This document shows positions 8,151 through 17,698 of a stretch of DNA of 64,000 nt, piece after piece. Both the position numbers and the translations under genes were made by a program. Under the pieces are notes generated by a model. It worked only from the letters and a program-made list of their open reading frames with translations, searched no databases and was not told where the DNA came from. Position 1 is the first letter of the stretch. Each line of letters starts with the position of its first letter. The DNA is from Candidatus Thorarchaeota archaeon (GTDB lineage: Archaea > Asgardarchaeota > Thorarchaeia > Thorarchaeales > Thorarchaeaceae). The stretch covers positions 227-64,226 of the forward strand of contig RDNZ01000003.1 of the NCBI GenBank assembly GCA_011364905.1. The letters run 5' to 3'.

Positions 8151-10751
8151 TCATGACCGACGCCGCTTTATCTCATCCTGGATTTCCTTCAACTCATTGA
8201 TTGCATCAAGCGGAGTTGTTCTGTCAAGGTCCATATGTTCGATTTTCTCGACGATTGGATCGTCAATTACCAGTGCTTCAAGGCTTGCTTGCCGCGTATC
8301 CTCAAAGGTTGCTTCGGTCATGTCTGGAGCGGTTATGTTCTCTCTTTCTAGCTTAACAAGAAGCTCTTTGGCTCGTTTGACCACCTGATTGGGAACCCCT
8401 GCCAAAGCTGCTACATGAACACCATAACTTCTGTCGGTTCCACCGTCGACAATCTTGTGGAGAAAGATGATAGTGTCGCCTGTTTCCTTAGCGAGAGTGT
8501 GGACATTCTTGACGCCATGATATTGGTTGGCCATATCGGTTAACTGATGAAAGTGTGTCGCAAAGAGTGTGCGCGTTTTCATCTGAATAATGCGTTCAGC
8601 AACTGCCCATGCCAGTGCCATACCATCAAAGGTGGAGGTTCCTCTTCCAATCTCATCGAGGATGACAAGGCTCTTCTCTGTAGCATTGTTCAGGATGTTT
8701 GCTGTTTCTACCATCTCAACCATGAATGTGCTCTGTCTTGCAGTGAGATCATCAAAAGCTCCTACCCTCGTGAAAATCCTGTCGACGAGACCTATCTCTG
8801 CGCTTTTTGCGGGAACGAATGAGCCCATCTGAGCAAGTAGAACTATGATTGCGCATTGACGCATGTATGTGCTCTTCCCAGCCATGTTTGGTCCAGTGAC
8901 AATCATTAGTGTAGTACCGCCATCGCCTATCTCGATTCCATTTGGAACGAACTCATTTGGCCCAAGTATAACCTCAAGCGCTGCGTGTCTGCCTTCAGAG
9001 ATCTTGATGCGTGTACCCTCAGTAATCTTCGGTCTGGAATATCGCCTGGTAACTGCCACTTCTGCTAGTGAAACCAAGACGTCCGCCACTGCAACTGACT
9101 CTGAATCCTGACGAAGAATTGCGGTTGCTCCTCTCACTTCTTCTCTCAAACCCTCATAGATCTCAAACTCTAGTTTATTGATACGCTCTTCACCAGCAAG
9201 AACTGTGGACTCCTTCTCTTTAAGCTCAGGAGTAATGTATCTCTCAGCATTTGCCAGTGTCTGCTTTCTCTCATATCCATCTGGCACCATGTTGAGATTA
9301 GATTTAGTCACCTCAATGTAGTAACCAAAGACCTTGTTGAACCCAACCTTGAGAGTCTTGATACCCGTTCTTCTTCTCTCAGAAGATTGCAGCGAGGCAA
9401 TCCACTTCTTGTCTGATGCAATTGTGTCTTTCAAACTATCAAGTTCCTTGCTGAAACCTCGGAGAATCATTCCCCCATCTCGAACTGAAACTGGCGGGTC
9501 ATCAACAATAGCTTCCTTCAGCATTTTGTGGAGCTTGGTTAGCGGGTCGATAGAGTCGGAAGAGTTCTTCAAAATCTTGCTTTTACATTCTGAGAGTGAC
9601 TTCTTAATCTTAGGGAGCTTTGCCAAGGCATTTCTTAGGGCAAGGAAGTCTCTCGCATTCGCTGAGCCAAAGACGATTCTACTAGTGATTCTTTCTAAGT
9701 CTCCAACATCCCTAAGACTCTCAGAAATCCCCTTTCGATTGAGCGCATCCCTAGCTAGCTCCTCAACCGCATCCTGTCGTGATTCAATCTCCCTAATCTC
9801 TCTCAGTGGTCTTAACATCCACTGCTTCAGTTTTCTTTTTCCCATTGGAGTAACAGTCTTTGAAAGAACTGACAGCAGAGTTCCACGGGGGCTTCCATCC
9901 CTTGCATTCCTGATAAGTTCCAAGTTTCGTTGCGTTGTTCCATCAACAATCATGTGGTTCTCTATGTTGTACCTACGAATGCCAGAAACCGTAACAACTC
10001 CGGTCTTATGCACTTCGTTTAGGTATGCTAGGATTGCTCCTGCTGCCCCAATCGCTACTCTCCTATCACTCAAGCCATAACCATCAAGTGTCGTGACGCC
10101 AAACTGCTCCCTAATTCGTTCCTCTGCGGCTTTCGCTGAATAGTCGGTGTCGCTTCTGATTGTGATTCTGATCCCCATTTCCTCAAGTTTTTGACGCAGC
10201 TTGGTTTTCTCAATGGATTCAGGTATGAGTACTTCAGCTGGTGAGAACTTGGCGACTTCGTTGATTGTTCTCTCACTATCAAGACCGGCTTCGAACTGGG
10301 TCGTAACAAACTCCCCTGTGGATACATCTACAGCTGAAATCCCAATTAGCTCATCATGTCTTACTAGTGCCACAAGGTAATTATTGGTGGTGTCATCAAG
10401 CATCGTACTTTCTAGAACTGTCCCTGGAGTAATCACACGTACGACATCTCGTTTCACCAGACCTTTGGCTTGTGAGGCTTCTTCCATCTGTCTAGCGATA
10501 GCCACAGTGTACCCTGCTTGTAGTAGTTTTGCAATGTATCCATCAACTGAATGGTTTGGCACTCCACACATCGGCCACTTTTCCACACCCTCCCCTCGCG
10601 ATGTGAGAACAATATCCAGAATCTTGCTCGCTATCTTGGCATCTTCATTGAACATCTCGTGGAAGTCACCAAGCTGGTACATTAAGATGCAATCGGGATA
10701 CTGTCTCTTCAATTGGAGGTACTGCCGTTGCATGGGGGTTTGCTTGCTCAC
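8151..10751 (-). CDS. mutS: DNA mismatch repair protein MutS (bacterial MutS1 type)
   Basis: 866 aa. N-terminal mismatch-binding block TPMQRQYLQLKRQYPDCILMYQLGDFHEMF, Walker A GPNMAGKST, DEIGRGTST, and the C-terminal ATHFH. Confidence 0.95.
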   Translation of the reverse strand: MSKQTPMQRQYLQLKRQYPDCILMYQLGDFHEMFNEDAKIASKILDIVLTSRGEGVEKWPMCGVPNHSVDGYIAKLLQAGYTVAIARQMEEASQAKGLVKRDVVRVITPGTVLESTMLDDTTNNYLVALVRHDELIGISAVDVSTGEFVTTQFEAGLDSERTINEVAKFSPAEVLIPESIEKTKLRQKLEEMGIRITIRSDTDYSAKAAEERIREQFGVTTLDGYGLSDRRVAIGAAGAILAYLNEVHKTGVVTVSGIRRYNIENHMIVDGTTQRNLELIRNARDGSPRGTLLSVLSKTVTPMGKRKLKQWMLRPLREIREIESRQDAVEELARDALNRKGISESLRDVGDLERITSRIVFGSANARDFLALRNALAKLPKIKKSLSECKSKILKNSSDSIDPLTKLHKMLKEAIVDDPPVSVRDGGMILRGFSKELDSLKDTIASDKKWIASLQSSERRRTGIKTLKVGFNKVFGYYIEVTKSNLNMVPDGYERKQTLANAERYITPELKEKESTVLAGEERINKLEFEIYEGLREEVRGATAILRQDSESVAVADVLVSLAEVAVTRRYSRPKITEGTRIKISEGRHAALEVILGPNEFVPNGIEIGDGGTTLMIVTGPNMAGKSTYMRQCAIIVLLAQMGSFVPAKSAEIGLVDRIFTRVGAFDDLTARQSTFMVEMVETANILNNATEKSLVILDEIGRGTSTFDGMALAWAVAERIIQMKTRTLFATHFHQLTDMANQYHGVKNVHTLAKETGDTIIFLHKIVDGGTDRSYGVHVAALAGVPNQVVKRAKELLVKLERENITAPDMTEATFEDTRQASLEALVIDDPIVEKIEHMDLDRTTPLDAINELKEIQDEIKRRRS

Positions 10752-10988
10752 TCTTTCTCCCTGCGGGTCATTTCAATGCCTGTTGGTCTAATAATAGCAT
10801 CGACAAAACAGTTACGGTGACGATTTCATAAATCGTGTAAAGAATGTCCCTAAATGGACAAATAGTCTTACAATTTGCAACTTATCTTCCATCTTTCAAG
10901 CAGCCAAGTTACAAATCATTATCGGATGATATTTCTAGGTTTAAAGTATCTAATTAGAGCTGCATTATCTGTATAAGATGTTCACCTG

Positions 10989-11624
10989 GTGCAACACTTG
11001 AAAACACGAATTCTGGGAATATCCGGAAGTCCAAGAACAAGCAGTAATACGGCAATCCTCATTGAGACTGCCCTTGAAGCTGCTGAACAAGAAGGCGCTA
11101 TCACTGAGTTCATTGACCTCTCTTATCTTGACATTAGAGCTTGCAAGCACTGTACGGATTGTTCTAAGACTGGAAAATGCACGCAAGATGATGATCTCAA
11201 CAAGGTGGCAGAAACAATGAAAGCTGCAGATGGGATCGTAATAGGTTCGCCTGATCACTTTGCCTCAGTTGCGACTCCAATGAAGAATTTGATGGATCGG
11301 ACTGGAAGGTTTTTGCATTTAGAGGGAAAAGTGGCTGCTGGAATCATTGTTGGACGTCGGTCAGGCGTTGATCTCGCATTATCTCACCTTCTTTTCTTCT
11401 TGCTTGTCAAGGAAATGATTGTGCCTGGTGCGATCCATTGGCCTGTCGGTTATGCACTAAATGCTGGAGATGTTAGAGGAGACACGGAGGCCATGGCAAT
11501 GGCTGAACAGGTTGGAACGCGTGTTGCAATTCTGGCTACAAACTTAGTCCATAATCCTCTCCCATGGGCGCACAATGAGCGTCCAACAGGCCAGAAAGTC
11601 CGTTTTGGAGATGAATGGAAGTGA
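10989..11624 (+). CDS. Iron-sulfur flavoprotein / NADPH-dependent FMN reductase family
   Basis: 211 aa. ILGISGSPRTSSNT flavodoxin-like start and the compact cysteine motif CKHCTDCSKTGKC typical of Isf. The GTG start is uncertain by a few codons. Confidence 0.7.
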   Translation: MQHLKTRILGISGSPRTSSNTAILIETALEAAEQEGAITEFIDLSYLDIRACKHCTDCSKTGKCTQDDDLNKVAETMKAADGIVIGSPDHFASVATPMKNLMDRTGRFLHLEGKVAAGIIVGRRSGVDLALSHLLFFLLVKEMIVPGAIHWPVGYALNAGDVRGDTEAMAMAEQVGTRVAILATNLVHNPLPWAHNERPTGQKVRFGDEWK

Positions 11625-11629
11625 CCAAG

Positions 11630-12016
11630 CTATGGAGTAGTGGTTGCTTCATACTTGCTTGGACATGAGGTCAGGATTTCTGTTGCAATGAAAAGGTACT
11701 TTGATTCTATATGTCCAATGGCAACAATCTCTTGTCCATCTAGTAGGTTTGGTGGGGTACCTTGTATTTGTATCGTTATTGTATTGTTTTCTCCTTCCAT
11801 GACGAGAGTAGTATTGTCTCCTATAGTCGTAAGAGATCCTGCTTGATATGCTCCCTTCAACTGCACCTTTCGACCCATATACGACTCCGGACTCTCGACG
11901 ACTTGATCCACACTTAGGTACGGATTGACGAAGAGGTTCAGCATTGCGTATGCAACAAACCCTATTGTAGCAACCAGAATGATTGCGACAGCTGCCATGC
12001 GGGTCCTTTTGTTCAT
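11630..12016 (-). CDS. ccmE: Cytochrome c maturation haem chaperone CcmE, archaeal CxxxY variant
   Basis: 128 aa. N-terminal TM anchor, OB-fold-sized body and the C-terminal motif SCPSKYE (C118-x3-Y122, nt 11651-11665) in place of HxxxY. It lies at the end of the ccmABCD run. Confidence 0.85.
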   Translation of the reverse strand: MNKRTRMAAVAIILVATIGFVAYAMLNLFVNPYLSVDQVVESPESYMGRKVQLKGAYQAGSLTTIGDNTTLVMEGENNTITIQIQGTPPNLLDGQEIVAIGHIESKYLFIATEILTSCPSKYEATTTP

Positions 12017-12159
12017 TACTCTATGTCTCCCTCAATCTGGGACTCTACAATTCTGAGTTGTTCCTCAATCCCTATCATTCTCAAGAAGAGATATGCCAAG
12101 AACAAGAAGATTCCACCCCAGAGAATTACGGCTACAGCGAATAGTTCAACTTGTTGCAT
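12016..12159 (-). CDS. ccmD: CcmD-like small membrane protein (not in the ORF track)
   Basis: 47 codons: MQQVELFAVAVILWGGIFLFLAYLFLRMIGIEEQLRIVESQIEGDIE. It has one TM helix and a charged tail, starts 4 nt after the ccmC stop, and its stop overlaps the ccmE ATG (TAATG). Confidence 0.6.
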   Translation of the reverse strand: MQQVELFAVAVILWGGIFLFLAYLFLRMIGIEEQLRIVESQIEGDIE

Positions 12160-12163
12160 GATT

Positions 12164-12832
12164 TCAACTCCTTTCCATTCTGATTCTCATAAGCTTTTCA
12201 TTTGCCAGATCGATCCTGTAGGTGAGATCGACCAATATCAGTCCAATCAATGTCATCGCTATCATGGCGACGAACAGAGTCATCATATGTTCAACTTCCA
12301 TATTGAGCCCCGTCGGTTCTATGACAATAGGATGCAAGGTATCCCAAATTCGAATTGAAAGATAGCTCAACAAGACCATTGGAAATGCTACAATCCCAAA
12401 TATGGATCCGAACTGTGCTCTCGACTCACGGTCACTCACTGAAGCTCGATACGCTAGAATACAGGCATAAGCTATCCATAGGATTAGGGTTGTAGTTTCG
12501 CGAGGATCCCAATTCCAGTAAGAATGCCAAGCTGCATTAGCCCACATCATTCCTGTTAACAGGGTAATTGTGGTAAAGAGTAACCCAAGTTTTATCGTAA
12601 CTGCACCAATGATGTCGTACTTCATCTCTCCCTTCCAGAGATACATAATCCCACAAAGCAAGGTACCTCCAAATAGGCCATATGCGACCAAGGCTGGTGC
12701 AACGTGCTGAAAGAAAATACGTACATCTTCCCCGAGTTGTACATCCGGAGGAGCAAATATCCATGTCATATAGATATAGAGTAGGGAAATCGCTGCTGTG
12801 ATTCCGAGGATTATCAGGCGGTTTCTACTCAC
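12164..12832 (-). CDS. ccmC: Haem exporter / haem-handling protein CcmC
   Basis: 222 aa with 6 TM helices and the tryptophan-rich WWD-type motif WHSYWNWDPRET. Confidence 0.9.
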   Translation of the reverse strand: MSRNRLIILGITAAISLLYIYMTWIFAPPDVQLGEDVRIFFQHVAPALVAYGLFGGTLLCGIMYLWKGEMKYDIIGAVTIKLGLLFTTITLLTGMMWANAAWHSYWNWDPRETTTLILWIAYACILAYRASVSDRESRAQFGSIFGIVAFPMVLLSYLSIRIWDTLHPIVIEPTGLNMEVEHMMTLFVAMIAMTLIGLILVDLTYRIDLANEKLMRIRMERS

Positions 12833-12901
12833 TGCTAGTCAACTCGAGTCTTGCGCGAATCCGCTTGTTTGCAATATGAAGGTTGCGTTACTAGCCAAGA
12901 T

Positions 12902-13600
12902 TCAAGGTGAAAGCGCAAAATGAAAGACGGATGCTGAAAGTGTCAACATTGCTATCAAATGCGCGAGAAGAATGTCAAATATAAGTAGAACAGTCAACCC
13001 TGCTCCAATTACCACCGCACCAGAGCCTAGCACCACAATTTTAGTCAGTTCAATTAAAAGCATCAGTCCTGAAGTTGCAGTTGGAAAATAAACCAATGGA
13101 AAAACTGTGGACTTAGATTCGGAAGGCATTGAAAGAGCTGATGCCATCGAACCCACAGCTGCTAAATCCAATGTGCCAACAGCTATTGTGCCAAATGCCA
13201 ATAACGGATCATTGAGTATTGAAAATCCAAATAAGACAGAGATGATAGGGACCAAAAAGACCTCAACAATGCCCATCAGAACGAATCCATAGAATACCTT
13301 TCCCAGGTATACCGACCATGCGGGAATTGGAGCAGTTGCCAATCCTCTCAAAGTTCCCGTTTCAGACTCTGAAAGAAAAATGGGTGCGAAGCCAAACATC
13401 CCTGTAAAGAATATTATAACCCAAAGAAGCGCACTGCCAACCTCTGCTGGAACTGAGCCTCCTGAAACAACAGCAAAGGAGAATGCGATAACTGCTATCA
13501 GGGCAAAAAGGAACATTGAGAATATCTCGAACTTCTTCCGAAATTGAGTGACTATGTCTTTCTTCGCGATGGCAAGTGCGGCGCTTAGACCCGATGTCAT
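12902..13600 (-). CDS. ccmB: Haem exporter permease CcmB (ABC-2 type)
   Basis: 232 aa polytopic membrane protein located between ccmA and ccmC. Confidence 0.75.
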   Translation of the reverse strand: MTSGLSAALAIAKKDIVTQFRKKFEIFSMFLFALIAVIAFSFAVVSGGSVPAEVGSALLWVIIFFTGMFGFAPIFLSESETGTLRGLATAPIPAWSVYLGKVFYGFVLMGIVEVFLVPIISVLFGFSILNDPLLAFGTIAVGTLDLAAVGSMASALSMPSESKSTVFPLVYFPTATSGLMLLIELTKIVVLGSGAVVIGAGLTVLLIFDILLAHLIAMLTLSASVFHFALSP

Positions 13601-13609
13601 CTTATCACC

Positions 13610-14299
13610 TCAGAGCGTCTGGTCAAACTCAGAGATTGGACCTTGGCTCACAACCACTCCCTTTCTCAGCGTTACGTACTCATCACACAAAGCTGCACCA
13701 TATTCTAGGTTGTGTGTAGTCACAATTGTTGTTCTTAGGTTTCTATACTCGTTCAAATACTCCCAAAAGACGTCGGTTGTGTCCTTGTCAAGTCCGCTGA
13801 AAGGCTCATCAAGAAGTAATAACTCAGGATTATGTGTTAAGCTTCGGACTATATCGAATCGTTTCTTGAGACCTGTTGACAGGTTTTTTACAGGCTCTTG
13901 AAGCCACGTCTTTATAGCGAACCGATCAGTCAACTCCTCAACTTGAGATTCAAAGAACTGCTGGTCAAGTCCATACAGCTTAGAGTAGAATCGAAGGTTT
14001 TCGAATCCGGTGAGTTCTTCGTATAGAAGCACTTTGTCACCAACGATACCTATGCGTTTCTTGACCTCCTCTGCCTCTTCCTGTGGGTCGAATCCCATGA
14101 CAGAGATAGTTCCTCCATGAGGTCTAAGAAGAGTCGAGATGACGCGCATGAGCGTAGTCTTACCTGCTCCATTGGAGCCGAAGAGACCATGAATTCCTTG
14201 CGTTGTGAAACTGAGAGAGACTTTTCTTAGAGCAACTCTGTATCCGTACCGGCGAGTTAGTTCATGTGTCTCAACTGCTTTGACTGCCAACAGTTTCAC
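13610..14299 (-). CDS. ccmA: Haem exporter ATP-binding protein CcmA
   Basis: 229 aa. Walker A GSNGAGKTT, signature LSTGLKKR and Walker B LLLLDEPF. Confidence 0.85.
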   Translation of the reverse strand: MKLLAVKAVETHELTRRYGYRVALRKVSLSFTTQGIHGLFGSNGAGKTTLMRVISTLLRPHGGTISVMGFDPQEEAEEVKKRIGIVGDKVLLYEELTGFENLRFYSKLYGLDQQFFESQVEELTDRFAIKTWLQEPVKNLSTGLKKRFDIVRSLTHNPELLLLDEPFSGLDKDTTDVFWEYLNEYRNLRTTIVTTHNLEYGAALCDEYVTLRKGVVVSQGPISEFDQTL

Positions 14300-14382
14300 C
14301 CTAGGAGTTGTCCCGAAGGCTTTTGATATCCCTATTTAATGTGATGGATTGCCTATTGGCACGACTACATTCATTCTCCTTA

Positions 14383-15600
14383 CTATCCGAGTCCCATCAG
14401 ACTGATGAAGAGATCCTCTATATTGAGTACTTTGATGTTGACGTTTCGCTTTTTGACAGCATCAAGGAAGTTCAGCTTGCAGAAAACGCAGGAAGACACA
14501 ATCGTCGTGGCTCCTGTATCGAGTGCTTGATTCAACCGCCTTTCAGCCACATTGACTGCGTTCTCGCCAAATCCTGCTTTGAAACCGCCACCAGCACCGC
14601 AACAGACCGAGTTTTCCCTATTTCGTTCCATCTCAACGAATTCCATATCAGGAATACTCCTCAGGACCTCTCGCGGAGCTTCGAATACTCCAACATGGCG
14701 GCCCAGATGGCAAGGGTCATGATAGGTGACTCTTTCAGGGTAGCCACTTTTCCATTCGAGTTCTCCTTTCTTTATTTTGAGGGCGAGAAACTGGGTGAGG
14801 TGCTGCAATGAGAATGGTAGGATGCCATATCGTTCTCTATAGTACTTTGGCCAGTCTAGAGTAGTTGTACGATAGCATCCCGAACATGAGAAGACCAGAT
14901 GTTCGATACCTCGTTTTTCTATCTCCTCCACATTGTGCAGTATGAACTTCTCAACATCTAGATTACCAAGAAGCTCTTTGTCACCATCTTCTAGCTCTTC
15001 ATATATCGGGCGCGTGCATTGTCCTGTTCTGATGAGTGGACTGCAACAACAGTATTCGTCAGCGCCGAGGATCTGTGGTTCTATTCCGAAGTAATTAAGC
15101 ATACGTAACGTTGCATCAGCTATCTCTGGTCTCTTATAGGATGCAGTACATCCCACAAAATAGCCCCACTCAGAATCGTCAGATATCTTCGTGTCTGGCT
15201 TGACCCAATCGCCTCGTTTCAGTGGGTCTTCACCATAGACATTGTTGTGCTGAAACGCCATGTCTCCCATGACATGCAGCTTTCCGTATGGTCCCTTCCC
15301 CTCTTGCACAAGTTTCTTCCTGACATCCTCAATTATTCTGACATATGGGACCTTTATAGGACATCTTTCCACACATTGTTCACAGGTGCTGCACGCATAC
15401 ACTGCTCTAACAAAGCTGTCATCTATAGGCAGCTTCTTTTCTACATAGGAGCGTAAAAGCCGAAGTCTTCCGCCAGCAAAATATGCCTCGGAATGAAACT
15501 CCTCATAGCTAGTGCATGTCCATCTGCATGTTGAGCAATTACTGCACTTTACGATCATATCTGGGTCGACATCAAGTTCAGGTGTAAAGAATCTCCTCAT
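14383..15600 (-). CDS. CCG-domain Fe-S oxidoreductase (GlcF/GlpC/HdrD-like), cassette A
   Basis: 405 aa. Two ferredoxin motifs (CSNCSTCRWTC and CSTCEQCVERCP) and two CCG domains (GC..CCCSP..CSGC; HDPCHLGR..CCGAGGG..CVFC). Overlaps the upstream FAD gene by 4 nt. Confidence 0.85.
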   Translation of the reverse strand: MRRFFTPELDVDPDMIVKCSNCSTCRWTCTSYEEFHSEAYFAGGRLRLLRSYVEKKLPIDDSFVRAVYACSTCEQCVERCPIKVPYVRIIEDVRKKLVQEGKGPYGKLHVMGDMAFQHNNVYGEDPLKRGDWVKPDTKISDDSEWGYFVGCTASYKRPEIADATLRMLNYFGIEPQILGADEYCCCSPLIRTGQCTRPIYEELEDGDKELLGNLDVEKFILHNVEEIEKRGIEHLVFSCSGCYRTTTLDWPKYYRERYGILPFSLQHLTQFLALKIKKGELEWKSGYPERVTYHDPCHLGRHVGVFEAPREVLRSIPDMEFVEMERNRENSVCCGAGGGFKAGFGENAVNVAERRLNQALDTGATTIVSSCVFCKLNFLDAVKKRNVNIKVLNIEDLFISLMGLG

Positions 15601-17078
15601 CTTGACATCGCCTCCTGGTATGAAACTGGAATTTGAAGTATGTTCTTAGCGCGGCGAAGAACCACTTGCAATCTCCGGAAATACCCATTCATTGTAAACA
15701 TCAGATTCAGCCGAGTGTATGACATATTACATCGAGTCAGTTTATCTGGATTCATGAGTCCGTCTGGGTCCCATTTATTGCGTATTTCCTTGAACCGTTT
15801 GTAGTCATTCTTTTGATATCTCTTGATATACACTGTATTTTGAAGACCGAAGGTATAGAGCTCACCGCCGCCTCTATACATTGTCTTGACTAGCTTATGC
15901 AGCATTGATTTTCCTGACATGAAATGCATCCAATTTCGATGGTCTGATGGTGCAAAGACACAGAGTCGAGCCTTATTTGGCCTACCAAGAACGAGGTAGA
16001 AGCATGAATTGATCCGATATTTGCTAGCAATCTTGTACATGCGTTTTACGATTGGCCCAATATGGTCTAGTGGAATCCAGAAATTCTGCATAGATAGAGT
16101 GGGGACCTCAAGTTTAAGCTTCATCTCTACAATGAATCGGTCGTCCCAATTCTTTTCATAATAGGACTTCTGCATTTCCATGCCTTTCGCAACCTCAAAG
16201 ATGCCTCTTGCCGTCTTCAGCGATTCCTCAACCTCAGCTGTCTCTCCACTGTAGGTGACTAGAACAAAGAACAGTCCTGTTGTTTCTGGGGGCAAGCCGC
16301 CTTGAATACGCCACTCATACTCGAGATCTGTCAGCCTCAGGTAGATGGGTGGTGTCTTGGTTTTACTCAGTCGATTGACAGCATCAATTGCTCTCTCAAG
16401 GTCTTGAAAAGCAAACATCAGTCCCTCTGTAGTTTCAGGAACCGGGATGATCTTCATCTTGATTGAGGTCACAACTCCAGCAATTCCAACTGTCCCAAAA
16501 AAGGGGAGCATCTCATCTCCTGCCACTGTTTCAATTGTCCCATCTGGTCTTACAACCTCCATCTCAAACACGTTGTCAACCATTGAACCATACTTTGGTG
16601 TTCCAATACCAGCTTTTCCACCAATTGACAACCATCCTGCCAAAGTCGAAGCAACTCCACTCTGCGGTTTCACAGGAGTTGTAAATCCCTGTTTTGCCAA
16701 CTCGTTGTCCAGAATCTCCCAAACTGCTCCGGCTCCGACACGGACCCATCCCTCATCCTTGTTAATGTCCAAAATACAGTCCATTGATTTTGTGTCCACA
16801 ACGATTCCGCCTCTAGTGGGACTTGCAGATCCATAGTAGCACGTTCCACCCCCTCTAGCAACTATTGGGATCTTCTTCTTTGAAGCATATTTCAAGATTG
16901 ATGATACTTGCTCATTGGTCTTTGGCCAAGCAACATAATCTGCCAGCCATTTCTTTTTCCACCTGAAGTGATAATACGGTATACCCGTCGTGTCTCCACT
17001 TGCTGACAGGCGTTCGGACATGAGATCACTGATCCATGATACCTCAGACAACTTGGCGATTTGCTCTGTTTCACTCAT
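15597..17078 (-). CDS. GlcD-like FAD-linked oxidase/dehydrogenase (FAD_binding_4 family), cassette A, with a short amphipathic C-terminal tail
   Basis: 493 aa. IPIVARGGGTCYYG, GGIVVDT, AGWLSIGGKAGIGTPKYG, and a C-terminal ..WDPDGLMNPDK followed by about 45 extra residues. Confidence 0.85.
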   Translation of the reverse strand: MSETEQIAKLSEVSWISDLMSERLSASGDTTGIPYYHFRWKKKWLADYVAWPKTNEQVSSILKYASKKKIPIVARGGGTCYYGSASPTRGGIVVDTKSMDCILDINKDEGWVRVGAGAVWEILDNELAKQGFTTPVKPQSGVASTLAGWLSIGGKAGIGTPKYGSMVDNVFEMEVVRPDGTIETVAGDEMLPFFGTVGIAGVVTSIKMKIIPVPETTEGLMFAFQDLERAIDAVNRLSKTKTPPIYLRLTDLEYEWRIQGGLPPETTGLFFVLVTYSGETAEVEESLKTARGIFEVAKGMEMQKSYYEKNWDDRFIVEMKLKLEVPTLSMQNFWIPLDHIGPIVKRMYKIASKYRINSCFYLVLGRPNKARLCVFAPSDHRNWMHFMSGKSMLHKLVKTMYRGGGELYTFGLQNTVYIKRYQKNDYKRFKEIRNKWDPDGLMNPDKLTRCNMSYTRLNLMFTMNGYFRRLQVVLRRAKNILQIPVSYQEAMSR

Positions 17079-17090
17079 TCATACTCACCC

Positions 17091-17501
17091 CTAGGCTATG
17101 TACTGAATGTATCCAATGACGAAAACTATTGTCCAACATACTGCTGCGGTCAAGCCTGGAATTTTCGTTCTGATTCCTGAGATTCCCGTAAGAAATGCGC
17201 CAACTCCAGCTAGATAACCAATCACTCCCAATCCAATATGAATCAGGTGAAACAAGTCTGCAGCTCCAGCACTTAGCACGGTATTGGTGAGAGGCAGAAT
17301 CGCAACGACATTGACTGTTGTCAATAGTAAAGCAAGACCTGCACAGATACCATGAGTAAAGGTGTATTTTTCCCTGGAGATTTGGTATAGCAGCGTAGCT
17401 ATCCAAAGTAAGATTATCGCAGGAAGGCCTAGAATTATACTCAGGTGAATATCGCCAAACTGCAGAGCTTGAAATTGGCCGATTTGAATAGCGGTTGTCA
17501 C
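17091..17501 (-). CDS. 4-TM membrane protein with conserved histidines, homologous to the C-terminal half of the 28920-30116 protein
   Basis: 136 aa. GTG start preceded by AAGGAGGT. By eye, GLPAIILLWIATLLYQISREKYTFTHG aligns with GLPALILAYVGTALEYYDEERFTKIHG, and LFHLIHIGLGV aligns with FMHAWHVWLGI. Confidence 0.65.
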   Translation of the reverse strand: MTTAIQIGQFQALQFGDIHLSIILGLPAIILLWIATLLYQISREKYTFTHGICAGLALLLTTVNVVAILPLTNTVLSAGAADLFHLIHIGLGVIGYLAGVGAFLTGISGIRTKIPGLTAAVCWTIVFVIGYIQYIA

Positions 17502-17698
17502 TTAGATACCTCCTTGATATATAGTCTGTTTGTCCTGTTGGCTTGCACTATTTTTGGTCGATATACTCCTACTACAGACAGAAGTCCATATTGGACTCCA
17601 AGAAGGCGCGAGAGATCTATTGGCATGTTTTATGGAAGTGTGTTGATAGTTAACCACAGTCGTCACGCTTCTATCACATCCAACATCTCTCATCCTCT

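Noticed and set aside
9334-10080. 248-aa plus-strand ORF inside mutS, and similar long shadow ORFs (10384-10791, 14308-14811, 59386-60153, 49373-49783, 19779-20159)
   Set aside because: All lie antisense to genes with strong family signatures. They are Ser/Leu/Pro-rich low-complexity translations typical of shadow frames.
12023-12358. 111-aa plus-strand ORF across the ccmD/ccmC region
   Set aside because: It lies opposite ccmC, which has the WWD motif, and the CcmD-like ORF. It has no motifs.
14383-15600. MRRFF at the N-terminus of the cassette A CCG protein as a twin-arginine export signal
   Set aside because: No hydrophobic h-region or cleavage site follows. The ferredoxin motif begins within 20 residues. 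The paralogs lack any RR motif, so a cytoplasmic location is more likely.
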